Source of the DNA: Octopus sinensis
Taxonomy: Eukaryota
Length of the DNA stretch: 64,000 nt
Direction: 5' to 3'
Assembly: GCF_006345805.1 (NCBI RefSeq)
Contig: NC_042999.1
Span: forward strand, 83,328,001-83,392,000
Positions 1 through 13,289 of this stretch are shown piece after piece. The notes beneath the pieces are model-generated. The model did not search any database. It was given only the letters and a program-made list of their open reading frames with translations, and had not been told where the DNA came from. Every line of letters starts with the position of its first letter. The stretch's first letter is position 1. The position numbers and the translations under genes are program-made.

Positions 1-1234
1 GACTGAATCCCTTTGTCTTTCCTTGTTTGTATCCTCTGTGTTTAGCCCCTTGTGGGTAGTAAAGAAATATATATATATATGTATAGACAAACAGACAGAT
101 AGATAACTAGATAGGTAGATCATATATATATATAAATATACACACATACATGAGTTTATAAAAATAATACAGCTAAAAAAGAAAAGTGTTAGTGGCGTAG
201 TCTAACAGTGACAAAAACTAGAAGTTGAATATATACAAAAACTTATTTAAAAAATAAGCGAAAATTCACACTAGAAATAAAAATAATACAGGGCCGGTTT
301 TGTGTCCTCCATAGAAGCAGCGGAGGAAGTAGATTCAAACTAGCACTATTCAAGGAGCAGGCGTACCGAAATCCGACGCACGCGCGTTTAAATGTGTGTA
401 TGTATTGTTGTATTTAGGGAAGGTCATTTTTTTTTGCCAAATAAACACACGCACTATATATATTTGTTTCTTTACTCGTTTATTATTGTTCTTGTTTTAT
501 TATTTTAATTCTTGACCATTGTCCGGAAATATTTCGTTACACATCTTTGACCTCTTCAGCGACATTTTTCGTTTTTGTGTGTGTTCTTGCTCCACTTATT
601 CCATTCTCGGGCAAAAAAAACAAAAAAACTCCGTCCCGAAATACAACAGTATCTGTTTCAACACACGGTTTCACATCAGGAGCTTTGCAAAACGCTCCAA
701 TTTTCCCCTCTTCCCTTCACAGTTCGCTGTCTGTCACTCTCTCTCCCTCACACCCTTACCTTGTTCACGTGGTTGCCACGTAACCATTGGCCATCTTTCT
801 ACTCCTAACTTGTGTTTCTTTCTCTCCGTTGTAGCTGGGTCAAGGAAGACGTGTTCTTGTCTGTCTCCTGTCCAAGCATGATTTATGCGTTCGTTACCAC
901 AACCTCGTTTAGGCTTAGCAGCCCTTCCTATTTGTTTTCGCTGTCCTGTTTGTGTTACCAATTTTAACCCCCAGTAAAATTCCAAATTTTATTTAATTTG
1001 CTTTGCGGGAGCAACTGTTTTATCGAAAGCATATCTCGTTGTTAAATGCTTGAAATACGAGACTAGAAAAACAGCCAACAACTGTTGAAGGGCCGTTTTT
1101 GTGTTGTTTGTCTTGTTTTCTACTCGTGTCTTTCGTTGTTCGAAAAATAGTTCATATTCCAGGTACTCGTACTTCGTATTTTTTGTTGCACACGTTTCAT
1201 GACGTCCTCCCCCCCCCACATATATATATATATA

Positions 1235-2520
1235 TAGGGTAAGGAAGCAAAATTTACAATATTTCGAGGCAGGGATTGAAAGACAGTGTATGACCAATTA
1301 TTTTATTGAAAGTTATGAGAATTTATTTGCCACAAGAAAATTTACATAATAGAAAATGTTTTTATTCTATGTGTCCTTCTTTCTCAATAACTGCCTTCAC
1401 ATGCTTCCTGAAACTTGTACAAGTGTTCCTATAATATTCGGGAGACAACTTCTCCCATTCTTCTGTAATAGTATCTTTAAGAGAGTCGACATTACTGTGT
1501 GATGTTCTATTGGTAGCATATTCTAAAACGCCCCAAATAGCATAATCCAGAGGGTTTAGATCTGGGCTAGAAGGCGGCCATAAACATGATTCCCAAAAAT
1601 CGCTAAAGTTAGATTTGCAGAAATCTTGTATTTTTCTGGCTGTGTGGGCTGGAGCACCATCCTGTGTCCATACATAATTACCATCTGGGTAGTTTGCTTT
1701 AAGCCATGGCAATACCTGGTATCTCAGAGTCTTGTAGTAAATATTAACATTGGTCTTTTCATCAGCTTTGTAGAATTTTATAGGCATTTTCTTTCCATCG
1801 GAAGCCACAACACCAAAAGCCATAACTTCTGCAGGATGTTTTGTTTTGAATGTCCCCTTAACCTCAGCTGTTGATTTTGCAATAAATCTGTCATTTCTGC
1901 GGTTTAGAACAGCATCGACAGTGAAGATCTTTTCATCTGAAAAGATTGTTACAATGGAGGACTTTTTCTTGAACCATGTAATAATTTTCTTGCACCTCTC
2001 CAATCTCTTTTCCTTCATAGCTGTTGTCAACAAATGTTTTGGTGTTCTTGTGTAAGATTTTAACCTCAAATCATATTTTACTGCATTTCTAATGGTCTTC
2101 TTGTCTACCTCAAGTTCAATTGCCCTTTTCTCATAGATTTGGTTGGATCCTTTAGGATTTTGGATTTGAGAGCTTTAATAAAAGCTTTGGTACGTTTTTT
2201 GTTGATTCCTCCACTTCCAGACTTCCTCGTAATAGTTTTGCTCATAGTCATTCTATTCTTTACATTATAAACAGCCTTTATGGACACTCCAACTATCCTT
2301 GAAATCTCCTTTGGTGTGACGAGTGCATTCAGCAAACTACACACTCTTTGACGTTTGCTTTCCTGATTACTCATATGGGCAAAAGTTTCTGAAAAGGTAA
2401 GGATAATAGTGTTAGGTATGAGTATGACATCAGTATATGCTAGGTTTCAAAACAATTGACTTAGTGCCTCCTGAGAAAAAGCAACTTAACTTTCATTGTA
2501 AATGTTGCTTCCTCACCCTG
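1235..2520 (-). mobile_element. Tc1/mariner DNA transposon, DD37D (maT/Bmmar1-like), full length
   Basis: 26-bp TIRs TAGGGTAAGGAAGCAAAATTTACAAT (1235) and ATTGTAAATGTTGCTTCCTCACCCTG (ends 2520), 3 mismatches; flanked by TA; 1286 bp; encodes a transposase. Confidence 0.95.
1362..2374 (-). pseudogene. DD37D transposase with one frameshift
   Basis: N-terminal HTH ORF (MSNQESKRQRVCSLL...) at 2374-2105 shifts frame near 2124 into ...AIELEVDKKTIRNAVKYDLRLKSY. Catalytic motifs IFSDEK, WTQDGAPAH and WPPSSPDLNPLDY; 37 residues counted between D2 and D3. Confidence 0.93.
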
Positions 2521-2585
2521 TATATATATATGAATGTAAGTATGCATATATATATATGGATGTAAGTATGTATATATGCATATAC

Positions 2586-2649
<64 letters not shown>

Positions 2650-4451
2650 ATCGTATGACGATAGGGCTATAATTCAAGCTTTGTCCTCGTGCTATATTTT
2701 ATATGAGAATTGAACGTTGTGGAGAATAGTACAAAATACTGGAAGATACTTTTTGTAGAGTAATTACACATCAAAGCAAAAGTCTATGTCTTCCTGCTTG
2801 TCCCTCACCACCGTTTGACCATCAGTGTTGGTATGTTTACGTCCTAGTAATTTAGCAGTTCAGAAAAATAAGATAGGTGGAGTAAATGCCAGGCCATAAA
2901 AAATACTTACTGCAGTCGATTCGTATAACTAAAACCCTTCAAAGCGGTAACCTAGTGTAACCGTTGTCCAATAACTGAAACAAATAAAAGCTGAAAGATA
3001 TAAAAAAAGATTCAAATGGACTGGTTGTAATTTATATTATTGTAGCCTCTGTATTTATATAAAGCTTTAGCGATAGAACTGATAAAATTTAGACTTAGCG
3101 CGTTAATAGTTACTGAGTAATAGACGCGTAATAGTTTTTAATGTCTCCCTGTAACAACATAGGACATAATTTATAATAAGTGATTAAAATGAACTTATAT
3201 TTACCTAAGAGTTGTTCTGTAAGGTTAAAGGAGAAACCTCTAATCTTAGGTAAGTTCTAAAGGTTGCTTACTTATTATATCTATATCAGATCTGGTCGAC
3301 TTTATAAACTTTACGAAAGGATTTTTTCTGAAAATTTGATCTTATGATCTTTGAAAGTAAAATACAATTGTTTAAATCTAAGAGGTTCTGATCTAATATC
3401 TGACACTGAAATTTTTTTGTGGTTTTCTTCATGTTTATCGAAGCTGTAACCATTTTAAATAGGATTTTCATGATGGGATGGCAATGTTTTTAGAAGAGAT
3501 ATTAGGATGATTTTGCATTCGAGGATGACATTTTAAAGTGCTCAACTATTAAGAGATTCTCATTTATAGAACCCCATTAAGAAATCAAGAATTGAAAAGG
3601 CTGAAGTGCATTCTATTTGCTGAGTATTAAAAATTCATTCAAAATATTTTTGATAAAATGTAGCTTCTTTCGGTTATCATATAGCTTCTTCAAAAGGATA
3701 TGAAAGAGATTTATAGACCAAATTATATCTATTCTAATCTTTTAAAGCCAAAAAAATCAATAAAACAGATATTAGCAAAGGGAGAGAAAAATATATAAAT
3801 GAAAATGGAATATCATTGTAAGATAAATTGTATGAAAAATGTCTAAATTATAGAATTCCGTTATAAATAACGGTTATTAGTAATCAGTGAATCCAGTTAT
3901 TGTTAAATTTAAATTTATGTCTGTGTAAATTTGAGCGGAAGGAGGATAGTCGCTACTAGGGTAAGGTCTAAGAAATTAGGAAATTATTTAAAAGAAAATA
4001 ATAAAATAAAGAGCTATACACACGTATGATGTATATATACTTACACACACTTATTCATACAGACACACACATACACACACACACATATATAAATGAGCTT
4101 TCATATTGGCATGAAACCAAGTATACATACGCCGTCGCTAAGTTATTTAATTATATAAAGCAAAATGGCCATAAATAGCTTAAAATTGTCAATAGAGTTA
4201 ATAGTTATTATAAACGGTATGACAGAATAACAAAAGGCGCAGTAAAAAGCATCATAAATAATTCTTAGTATGTGGAATACGAAATAAGTGACTCTTTTAT
4301 GAAATAACGGGGAAAGCAGTGAGAGGAAAGGATCTTCAAGATCTGAACTTATAGTGAAACTTTGATCTATGCGCACTATATCAACATCTATTTACGCTTA
4401 AAGACTTATTGTTTATAAAATACTAACAATAGAGTTGTAATATCATTTCTT

Positions 4452-5385
4452 TAATTTCTTTTACTAGTTTCATTCATGTGCTCCCTATGGAAGGCCCTTT
4501 GGCGCCACTGCTCTACCTTCCGGAAGAGAAAGCTCTGCATCTACAACGCATCAGCCCTCTATGGAGCAGAAACGTGGCCCCTCTCGAAGATCCTGGCAAA
4601 GAGGATCGACGGCTTCGAAAGAAGAGCCCTAAGAACCATCTAGAACAAAGAACTGCAGGCGTGTACGCATCAGTCCGTAGCCTCCCACCTCATTGCTATC
4701 TGTCGCATGAGCTGGTACGTACAGGTCCTTCGTCCTCCGCTAGATAAAACTACAAGGGCTTTACTCTCATTCGGCGCAGCAGCTACGTGCTAGAAGAGGC
4801 CTCGTGGCAGGCCTCTCTCCAGATTGCTTGACGTGACTTGGGAAGTTCTCCAGCAGCTCGACGCTACCTTAGATGATGCAGAGAGGCTGGTACGGGACCG
4901 TCAGCGTCGGCGAGCACTGGTGAGCCTGGTCGGCTCTACGCATGATGACGTCTCTGGGATGGCCAACAAGCAAGAACATGAAGCAAGCAAATTTATTTGA
5001 TTGCGACTATGCAGGGGCACCGCATTAAAGAATTTAGTGAAACAAATCAAAACTAGTACTTATTCTTTTAAGTTTCACTTCTTTCTTTCGATCTATTTCT
5101 GCCGAACCGCAAAAGTTACGGGAATGAAAACAAACTAACACTGGTCATCAAACAGTGGTTGGGGACAAACACAGACACACACAGACACACACACACACAC
5201 ACACACACCACACACACACACACACACACCACACATCACACACATGACGGACTTCTTTCAGTTTCTGTCTAACTCACAAGGCTTTGGTCGGCTGGTGCTT
5301 ATAGTCGAAGACATTCATCCAAGATACTACGCAGTGGGACTGAGCCCACAATCATGTGGTGGGGAGGCAAACTTCTCACCACGCA
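4452..5385 (-). mobile_element. Long tRNA-SINE (family B), split by the RTE insert
   Basis: TTTTACTAGTTTCATTCAT...TTGATTGCGACTATGC 3' module, internal (CA)n, head CAGTGGGACTGAGCCC. Confidence 0.8.
4478..4990 (+). mobile_element. RTE-clade LINE, 5'-truncated 3' fragment inserted into a SINE
   Basis: Reads LWRHCSTFRKRKLCIYNASALYGAETWPLSKILAKRIDGFERRALRTI*...KRPRGRP...RALVSLVG with in-frame stops; ends in an AAGC-like tail; host SINE sequence resumes after 4990. Confidence 0.85.
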
Positions 5386-6259
5386 GTGATCCCTATATAA
5401 AGTAGAGCAATAGCCGAGTCATTCGCACGTTGGACAGATTGCTGTGGTTCTTTGTTGCGGCTCACCGCCCGCTGAGTTCAAATACCTCCGAAATCAACTT
5501 CGTCTTTTATGCCTTTGGGTATAACAGTTGAAGAAAATATTAGTCCTGAATTGGAATATATTATCTTGCTCTTCTTTTCCTTTTTATATAAATCTTCCTT
5601 TGATTCTAGAATAAGCTGATTCTAGAATATGGCCTGAATGAGGATGGGGTCACCAGATCATTAAAATACCCAAGACACACCCTATGTCATAACGGTGCAA
5701 CTAAAACATCATCAGAAGTTGAGGAATGCGGCATGGCGTGACATGGCAACAGAATGTACATTGACTTAGGCATAACTATAAAATTAAAAAAAAAAAAACT
5801 ACATACAAATAGATGACTTGTCGTTCAGTTAAGACACCTTCTGGTTCACTACATTAGAATGCTATGATGCTATGACAATCATTGAAAGTGAATAATAGAT
5901 TATTTCTACGAAGCAGCACACGTCGTAATCTATTATATGCAGCAAAACATACTTAGTTTTGGTGTGAAAACTTTCTTTTTCTCTTTTCTTTTTTTGTTTC
6001 TTTTCTTTTCATTTTTTTTTGTTTTTGTCAAAATTCAATTTAAAGATTACACATGATTAGGAACTAGACTGTTGCGATATGGTGTCTCCTGTGACTGTCT
6101 ATAAACTAGATATAGCTATCATGTGCTCTCTGCATTTATCGTATGACTATATAAACATTACATTATGTATAGAATGTTGTGATCCTTTGATAACCCATAG
6201 CAATCTTCACAGCGAGATTAATTAACTTTACATATACAATATATCGCCTCGTATGCTAT

Positions 6260-6642
6260 GTGTCAGAAGGAATAATAGCACATACATACATACATACATG
6301 CATACATACATACATACATACATACATACATACATACATACATACATACACACACACATACATACACACACATACATACATACATACATACATACATACA
6401 TACATACATACATACATACATGCATACGTACATACATGCATGCATACATGTATATATACATGAATGTTTATAGATATCACACTCATTTACATGTGTGCAT
6501 GTGTGTGTGTGAGAGAGTGTGTGTTGTGTCTGTGCGTTTGTGTGTTTGCGCGCGCGTGTGTGTGTATGTGTGTAAGAGAAAGAAAAAGGAAGAGAAAGTT
6601 TTAAAATTTTCTCGTATTTCTTCTACTCATATTATTATTATT

Positions 6643-6680
<38 letters not shown>

Positions 6681-6709
6681 ATCATCATCATCATCATCAT
6701 CTCATCATC

Positions 6710-6750
<41 letters not shown>
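6260..6750. repeat. (TACA)n, (TG)n, (ATT)n and (ATC)n microsatellites
   Basis: Directly visible; source of the spurious YIHT/MYVC and poly-I ORFs. Confidence 0.97.
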
Positions 6751-6751
<1 letters not shown>

Positions 6752-7826
6752 TATTCAGTAGTTTTATTTTTATAGCGTGCTTTCACTTCACTACCGAGCG
6801 CAGCTCTGTGTGCCTTAGGTATGTGCTGTGATTTGTTGTGATGCTCTGATGGTTATTGTATGGAAAGTGTTCTGCGTAGGATGTGTGCAGTGCCTAGTAG
6901 TGCAATTTTCTGTATGTTATATGTGTTTGTAAGTCCTGGTGTTTTTGTTATGTATTTGTCTGAATATTTTTTTATCATACCTAATGCACCTCTATGATAG
7001 GAATTGTTTCTGTTTTTAGATTCCACATTCTAGTTACCTCTATTTCCAGGTCTTTGCATTTTGAGAGTTTCTCCATTTCTTTTAGAGACACGTTGTCATC
7101 TGCCGGTATTGATACATCAATTAGAAAGCATTTTTTCTTCATGATCTCTGACAACTATATCTGGTCTGTTGGCCTTAATTTCTCTATCTGTGTGTATCGG
7201 CATATCCCAGAGTATGGTTCCTTTCTCGTTTTCTGTGACCTTTTCTGGTGTGTGCCTATACCATCTTTTTTCTGTTGTTATTCCATAATGTTGGCATAGC
7301 TTCCAATGTATGTAGGTTCCAACTCTGTCATGTCTGTGAATATATTCCTTCTTAGCCAGGACTGGGCAGCTAGAGATAATATGATTTATTGTTTCTTGTC
7401 CATCTCCACATTCTGCAGTTACTTGTTATATTTCTTTTCATTACATGTTTTTGGTAATTTCTGGTGGGGAGGCTTTGGTCTTGTGCTGCTATTAAAAATC
7501 CCTCTGTCTCTGCTTTAAGTCCTGAGCTTCTCAACCATTGCTGGGATTTTTCTTTGTCTATTTCTTTTGCGTTTAGTTTAGTCCAGTATTTACCATGAAG
7601 GTTTTCTTGCCATCGTTTTATCATGGTTCGTTGCTGTTCTATTTTTTTTGGATTTCATTTGTTTTATAGCTTTTGTTGTTTCTTCTTCTTCTTTCTTCTT
7701 CCTTCTTCTTCTTCTTCTTCTTCTTCTTCTTCTTCTTCTTCTTCTTCTTCATATTTATTAGGTGGTATGATTTCTTGTTTGTATTTGTCAGCTTCCTTAA
7801 ATACTGAGAACAGTGTTTTGTTTTGC
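6750..7826 (-). mobile_element. R4/Dong-type non-LTR retrotransposon (RLE endonuclease), 5'-truncated
   Basis: Frameshifted translation GLKAETEGFLIAAQDQSLPTRNY...CRMC...ETINHIISSC (CCHC knuckle)...ANRPDIVV...LIDVSIP (PD-D/ExK)...RRTLSIQ* (stop 6855-6853); ~100-bp 3' UTR runs into (TAA)n. Confidence 0.9.
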
Positions 7827-8289
7827 ACTGAGGTCGATATAATCGACTAGCCCCCTTCCTCCAAAATTTTTAAGGCCTTGTGCCTAGAGTTAAAAAAAAT
7901 AATAATAGTTACTTTCTGTATAAATACTAATGGTTGGCAGAATCACTGTAACACGAGGCAAACTAACTTTCAGCCGCTAGATACGCCTGTATGGACGTTC
8001 AGTTTAGCTTTTATCCTTCCGATGTCGTAGCAGTGAAAGTCTGTGGGATCAGCATCTTCCCATCTGTTCTTCCGACCGTCAAATCTGTGGTCAAAGCGGC
8101 GAATTACACTGTGTAACACGATTTTTGCCCTTGGGTAGAAACTATTATTTCCTATTTGCTTTCCCCTAGAAAGTATGAAAAGTGGCTAATATTTCCTTCA
8201 AAATTAGCTTTTGTTACATTTATTCAGATCCCAAAGAATCTCAACGCATGTTAATGATGCTCCCCACTACTCCTGCTTATCATCAGAGA

Positions 8290-8482
8290 TGCTTATACTG
8301 TCATTTCGTCTGCCGTTACGTTCTGAGTTCAAATTCCGCCGAGGTCGACTTTGCCTTTCATCCTTTCGGGGTCGATAAATTAAGCACCAGTTATGTACTG
8401 GGGTCGATATAATAGACTTAATCCGTTTGTCTGTCATTGTTTGTCCCCTCTATGTTTAGCCCCTTGTGGGCAATAAAAAATA
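8290..8482 (+). mobile_element. Short tRNA-SINE (family A, OR-type), 5'-truncated
   Basis: GAGTTCAAATTCCGCCGAGGTCGACTTTGCCTTTCATCCTTTCGGGGTCGAT core; tail AGCCCCTTGTGGGCAATAAA. Confidence 0.9.
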
Positions 8483-10238
8483 AGAAACGTTGGTTAAAAT
8501 CGCTAGAGCATTGGGCAGAATGCACAATTGCAGTACTTCACTTTCTAAATTCAAAATTTTCCGAGAACACCATTGCTTTTCATCATTCTGGTGTCAACAA
8601 AATTAAGTACTAGAAATATACTGGGGTCAATGTAATAAACTATGCACACCCTCACAAATATCTGGTCTTGTGTCTATACAAGAAATTATTTTTAAAGAAT
8701 TGTTAATAGAAGAGATGGCAAGACGTCAGACACTCTCACTCTGAGTGGCGTACTTTTGTACCTTCTTAGATTGATGAAGTAAATAATACTGAAGCATTTA
8801 GCTCAGTGTTTTTGACTATACACCCAAAGCTCTGTCCCAGGATGGCCAGAAGCCAATGAATGGAACCAGTAAAATTACAGAATAACTGTTTCCATTAAAG
8901 AGTGTGAATTTTTACTACGCCATTAATTACGCCACCTCTGTGTTCCTGAGGTGTATGCTGTATTTTGCTTTGGCAAAATGGAAGTGCTAGTGTATTATAA
9001 GTCTGTTTTGTTCTTTCTTATTTAACGTTGGTAATTTTAGTGCTGGTCTTGTTTGTTAAGAAATCCTTTTACGATTGAGAACTGACTGTGTAGAATGCGA
9101 ATTGTGAGAGTTGTCTAAACAATTGGAATTGTGTCTTTAGATTGTTTGTTGTACTTAGTGCGTCTATGTTTTTGGTTTTTACATTTCCTTTTAAATGTTC
9201 AGTTCAATTAACGTCTAATTTATTATCGTTTAAAATTCAAATTTATCAATAATGTGGCTGGTAGTATATCAAGAAGGGAGAAATTACTTTTTCACACAAC
9301 AAAAGTAGTTGGTTTTCTATTGGTGCTTCTTGCTAAAATGTAAAGGAAACAGAAATTTACTTTGTCAGAAATTACTTTCTCCATTACATCGTCTATCATC
9401 TTTATCAAAGTATTTTCCCAGCTTTGAGCTGGACCGAAACGGGCAATTTATTTCGGAATTGAAGAAAAAAAATATATATTAGGTGAGGCAGAGTAGAGAA
9501 AAAAATATGTAGTGTATAGTGAATATGCAAAGGACAAAATTGATTTCTTACATAGACAGGCTAAAGTCTTGCAGCGACGAGGTCAGAGACAAATTTATAA
9601 TACTACAGTATTTCTGTTACTCTTTATAAGCTCCTCAACGCTGAAAAACAAAGATCAACATAATGTATTGATATGAGTGTTATCTTGGTCATCTAAACAG
9701 CCTCGAACTTGATAAATGATTTACAGTAATTGAAACGTAAGAAAATTATCATTAAATTACTAAATTCAGCAGTCTGCAAAAGATGTGTCCTCAGTACATT
9801 ACGAATTAACAGAAGCGTCAAGTAAAACTCTTTATGGTATTAGTTCCGGATTTCCTTACATTGAGCTCAAATCCCACTGGAACTAACTTTGCCTTTTGTC
9901 TTTTCAGAGTAGGTCAGTTCACTGCCTGAATAATTTCCTCTTTCTCTTCTACTTTCTTGTATTCGCCAGAAGAAATGAGCTGTGATTTGAACTAAAGAGA
10001 TATGTGGCGCCAGCAGGCTTATAAATGCTCCAGACATGTCGTTTATCACGATGGCTTCACTACAACTCCATCAAGAATTGTGAACATAATAAAAGAAAGG
10101 AAAAAATTAATGGGTGCCTCTACTACAACAATTTTCAATATGTATACCCCCTACTTCCGCAATTACCAATACGTGCAACAATACTGAAAAATTCTGTATG
10201 TGACCCCGCATCACACCAATTTTCATTATGTCCTCTAC

Positions 10239-10398
10239 ATAGCGGCATTTCGTCCTTCCTTACGTTCTGAATTCAAATTCCGTCGAGGTCAACTTTGCCT
10301 TTCATCCTTTCGGGGTCGATAAAATAAGTTCCTGGATCGATGTAATCGACTGTCTTCTTCTCCCAAATTTCAGGCCTTGTGCCTATAGTTGAAAATAT
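10239..10398 (+). mobile_element. Family A SINE with alternative tail (CAGGCCTTGTGCCTATAG)
   Basis: Same core, different 3' module. Confidence 0.85.
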
Positions 10399-11425
10399 TA
10401 TGTACTCTATCTTCAAACCGTCTTCAAACTCCTCAATGTGTCCTGTCAACACTACACCACTTTTTATTTGCACCCCGAACACAACGAGCTAAGTTCTACC
10501 CTTTATTCGTCCAAGCTTTATTAAGGCCGATTCAAATGACTATATCATCCATCTTTAAAAACGTGCGACATTGTACGAATGTCACACAATGTGAAAAACC
10601 AATAGCTGTTGTTGCTCTTTTTGTTGTTGTTGTTGTTGTTGTTAAGCAACTGGACGGGTAAGGGTGATTAGGTGATGGTCTAGGGCTTAGGGGCGGGAGA
10701 CCCCAGACCTTGGAAAAAAAACAAACTTTGGTCGTCTTTTGTAGTCGAGGGTTCTTCGTTGACGCCCGGCACCACTGGGAGGTGGCCCTCGAAATCGCTG
10801 GAAATGGAGACCTCCAGGTCCAAATTCTTGAACGGCTGTTGTTGCTCTTGTCATTGCTTGGCCCCCCAATTCAGCAACTATCTAGCAGATTTTGATGAAA
10901 GTTGTCCTAGGTGTGACCATCTCGTATTTTCCTTTGTACACCGAATCCAAGACTTCACTCAAATAACTACCAGTAGGTAATCATCTGAGCGAGATTTAAC
11001 TACTATTTCTAGCTTCTTGAGTAACCACAAACAGAGGTAGTTTATTTTATTTTACTTGTAATTCAACGCAGTATAGCGTAGCTATTGCTGTTGTTTAACC
11101 ACAGGCCAGTCCTGATCGAGAAGACCTATGATCAAAATGATTTATATCAGTCATACAGTACAGTATAATTTCGTCCTTTTCACCATCGTGCATGTTTATT
11201 GCAATACATTTCCATAGCCTCTTCTATCAACGTCACCTAAACGTTCTTTTATTTCAATCACCAATTATCTCTTCTTGTCTAATTACTAATTAAGATTACG
11301 ACGAACACCTTAAAAAATGAACTCTTCTCACTATTCTTCCATTCTCCTCCACTTTCTATCTTCCGCACAAATTTGCTTTTTGTTATGCATTGTATTTTAT
11401 TCTAAATTATTCTAAATTATTGTAA

Positions 11426-11487
<62 letters not shown>

Positions 11488-12317
11488 CATCATCATCATT
11501 ATTATAATTATTGTTGTTTTTACATTTTAATTATACCCTTGCTGCTATTCAACTTCGTTAAATTATAATTGCAATCGCTATTGAATGAAATTCGGAAATA
11601 TTACGTAATTATTACAACTTAAAGTTGCACTCAATACCAGTGCTTTTGTATTTTGGCTAAACTTCAATATCCTGTTATTATAAAGTTTAAAGTTTTCAAT
11701 TTAATTTTTTTTTTCAATTTCGACGGTTCGACGGGTTATTTCTTTTTGATTGCGTTTCTAGTTTTATGTCTCGGCATTAAAATAAAATGTCCAGTATAAC
11801 TATGTTTTCATAAGTCCCAAATCAAAAACCGAATATTTTGCATTCAAAAATTGAAATCAACATGGAAAGAAAGGACCGAAATTTGTCATCGATTTGAATT
11901 TTGTTACAGTTTTTTGCTATTCGAGAATGAATGTTAACCGCATTTTACAATAAATCTTACAGAATTATTTTGGTTTTTCACCCATTAAACTTATTTCCAA
12001 TTTCGATTTAGTAACTGTTAAACCCCACCCACCAAAAATTATAAAATTGAACACCAAACTACTTGAATTGGAATTTTCAATTTTCATTTAAAGTTGTTGC
12101 ATCTTAATAACGGTCGGTCTTCGCTGTAATAAGAATAACAAAAGATTTTTACATAAGCATAACACCACACATTTAAATCGACTCACTAGCACTTAATTGA
12201 CACCAGGAGGATAAAAGAGAAACGAAGGATTTGAACTTGGTGAGATTTGAACTCGCGACGTAAAGGAACGTTAGTAAATTACCAAAAGCCACAATATGTA
12301 ATCCGTTACCTACGGGC

Positions 12318-12472
12318 AGGCGTGGATGTGAGGCAAGAAGCTTGCTTCCCAACCACACGTTTTGGGGTTCAGTCCCACTGCGTGGCACCTTGGCCAAGTG
12401 TCTTCAACTGTAGCCTCGAGCCGACCAAAATCTTGAGTGGATTTGGTAGACGGAAACTGAAAGAAGCCCGTC

Positions 12473-12478
<6 letters not shown>
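12318..12478 (+). mobile_element. Family B SINE, 5' half
   Basis: B-box-like GGGTTCAGTCCC, CORE-like CCTTGGCCAAGTGTCTT, GGTAGACGGAAACTGAAAGAAGCCCGTCG, then (TA)n. Confidence 0.85.
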
Positions 12479-12514
<36 letters not shown>

Positions 12515-12549
12515 ATGGAGTTAAACGCAAGTGTTATTCAAATCTTTTT

Positions 12550-12640
12550 ACTTTCGACGTATGTTTCGAAGAAAACATTGGTATTATTCCAGAAGGAATA
12601 AAATGATGTATAAAGCAATGCAATCTTCTCATCAGGGAAA
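12550..12640 (-). ncRNA. Type I hammerhead ribozyme motif (Penelope-type, long stem II)
   Basis: Minus strand: TTTCC CTGATGA GAAGATTGCATTG..loop..CAATGTTTTCTTC GAAAC ATAC GTC GAAAGT. Confidence 0.65.
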
Positions 12641-12922
12641 AAAGAGAAACCAAACAGAACAATAAGACATTTTCACAGAATTTGATGCCTGCATATATGA
12701 TGAAGGGAACGCTAGAGATTAAAAAAAAAACGTTTGTAGATATAACGTCAAAGGTAGTTTGTAGAACGAGAAGGAGCAGAATGAAAGAAATTAGTAGAAA
12801 ACTAATAGTGGAGAGATATAGAGCGATAAGTGAATTGGAATAAAGCTTAAAGGCTTAGAAGTAGGTATATTTAGTGGAAGGGAAATGTATGAAGACAGTC
12901 ATATATATGCATATAATTATGT

Positions 12923-13143
12923 AAGGCAGAGAGCTGGCAGAATCGTTAACATGTCGGGCGAAATGCTTAGCGGTATTTCGTCTGCCGTTACGTTGTGAGT
13001 TCAAATTCCGCCGAGGTCGACTTTACCTTACATCCTTTCGGGGTCGATAAATTAAGTACCAGTTACGCACTGGGTCGATGTAATCGACTTAATACCTATG
13101 TCTGTCTCCTCTATGTCTAGCCCCTTGTGGGTAATAAAGAAAT
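12923..13143 (+). mobile_element. Family A SINE, full length
   Basis: A-box-like AGCTGGCAGAATCG, B-box GAGTTCAAATTCC, complete tail. Confidence 0.92.
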
Positions 13144-13160
13144 ACATATATATGCATATA

Positions 13161-13212
<52 letters not shown>

Positions 13213-13213
13213 G

Positions 13214-13245
<32 letters not shown>

Positions 13246-13289
13246 ATATATATATATATAGAGAGAGAGAGACGGAGAGATAGATAGGT

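Noticed and set aside
3100-3900. AT-rich stretch that looks like decayed coding DNA
   Set aside because: All frames have many stops and no diagnostic motif; likewise 24900-25900 and 61150-61700
5620-5740. Possible plus-strand terminal exon (YGLNEDGVTRSLKYPRH...GMA*)
   Set aside because: No upstream partner exons and no recognisable product
8900-9130. Minus-strand YNTLALP resembling an RTE C-terminus
   Set aside because: Single short motif with no supporting flanks
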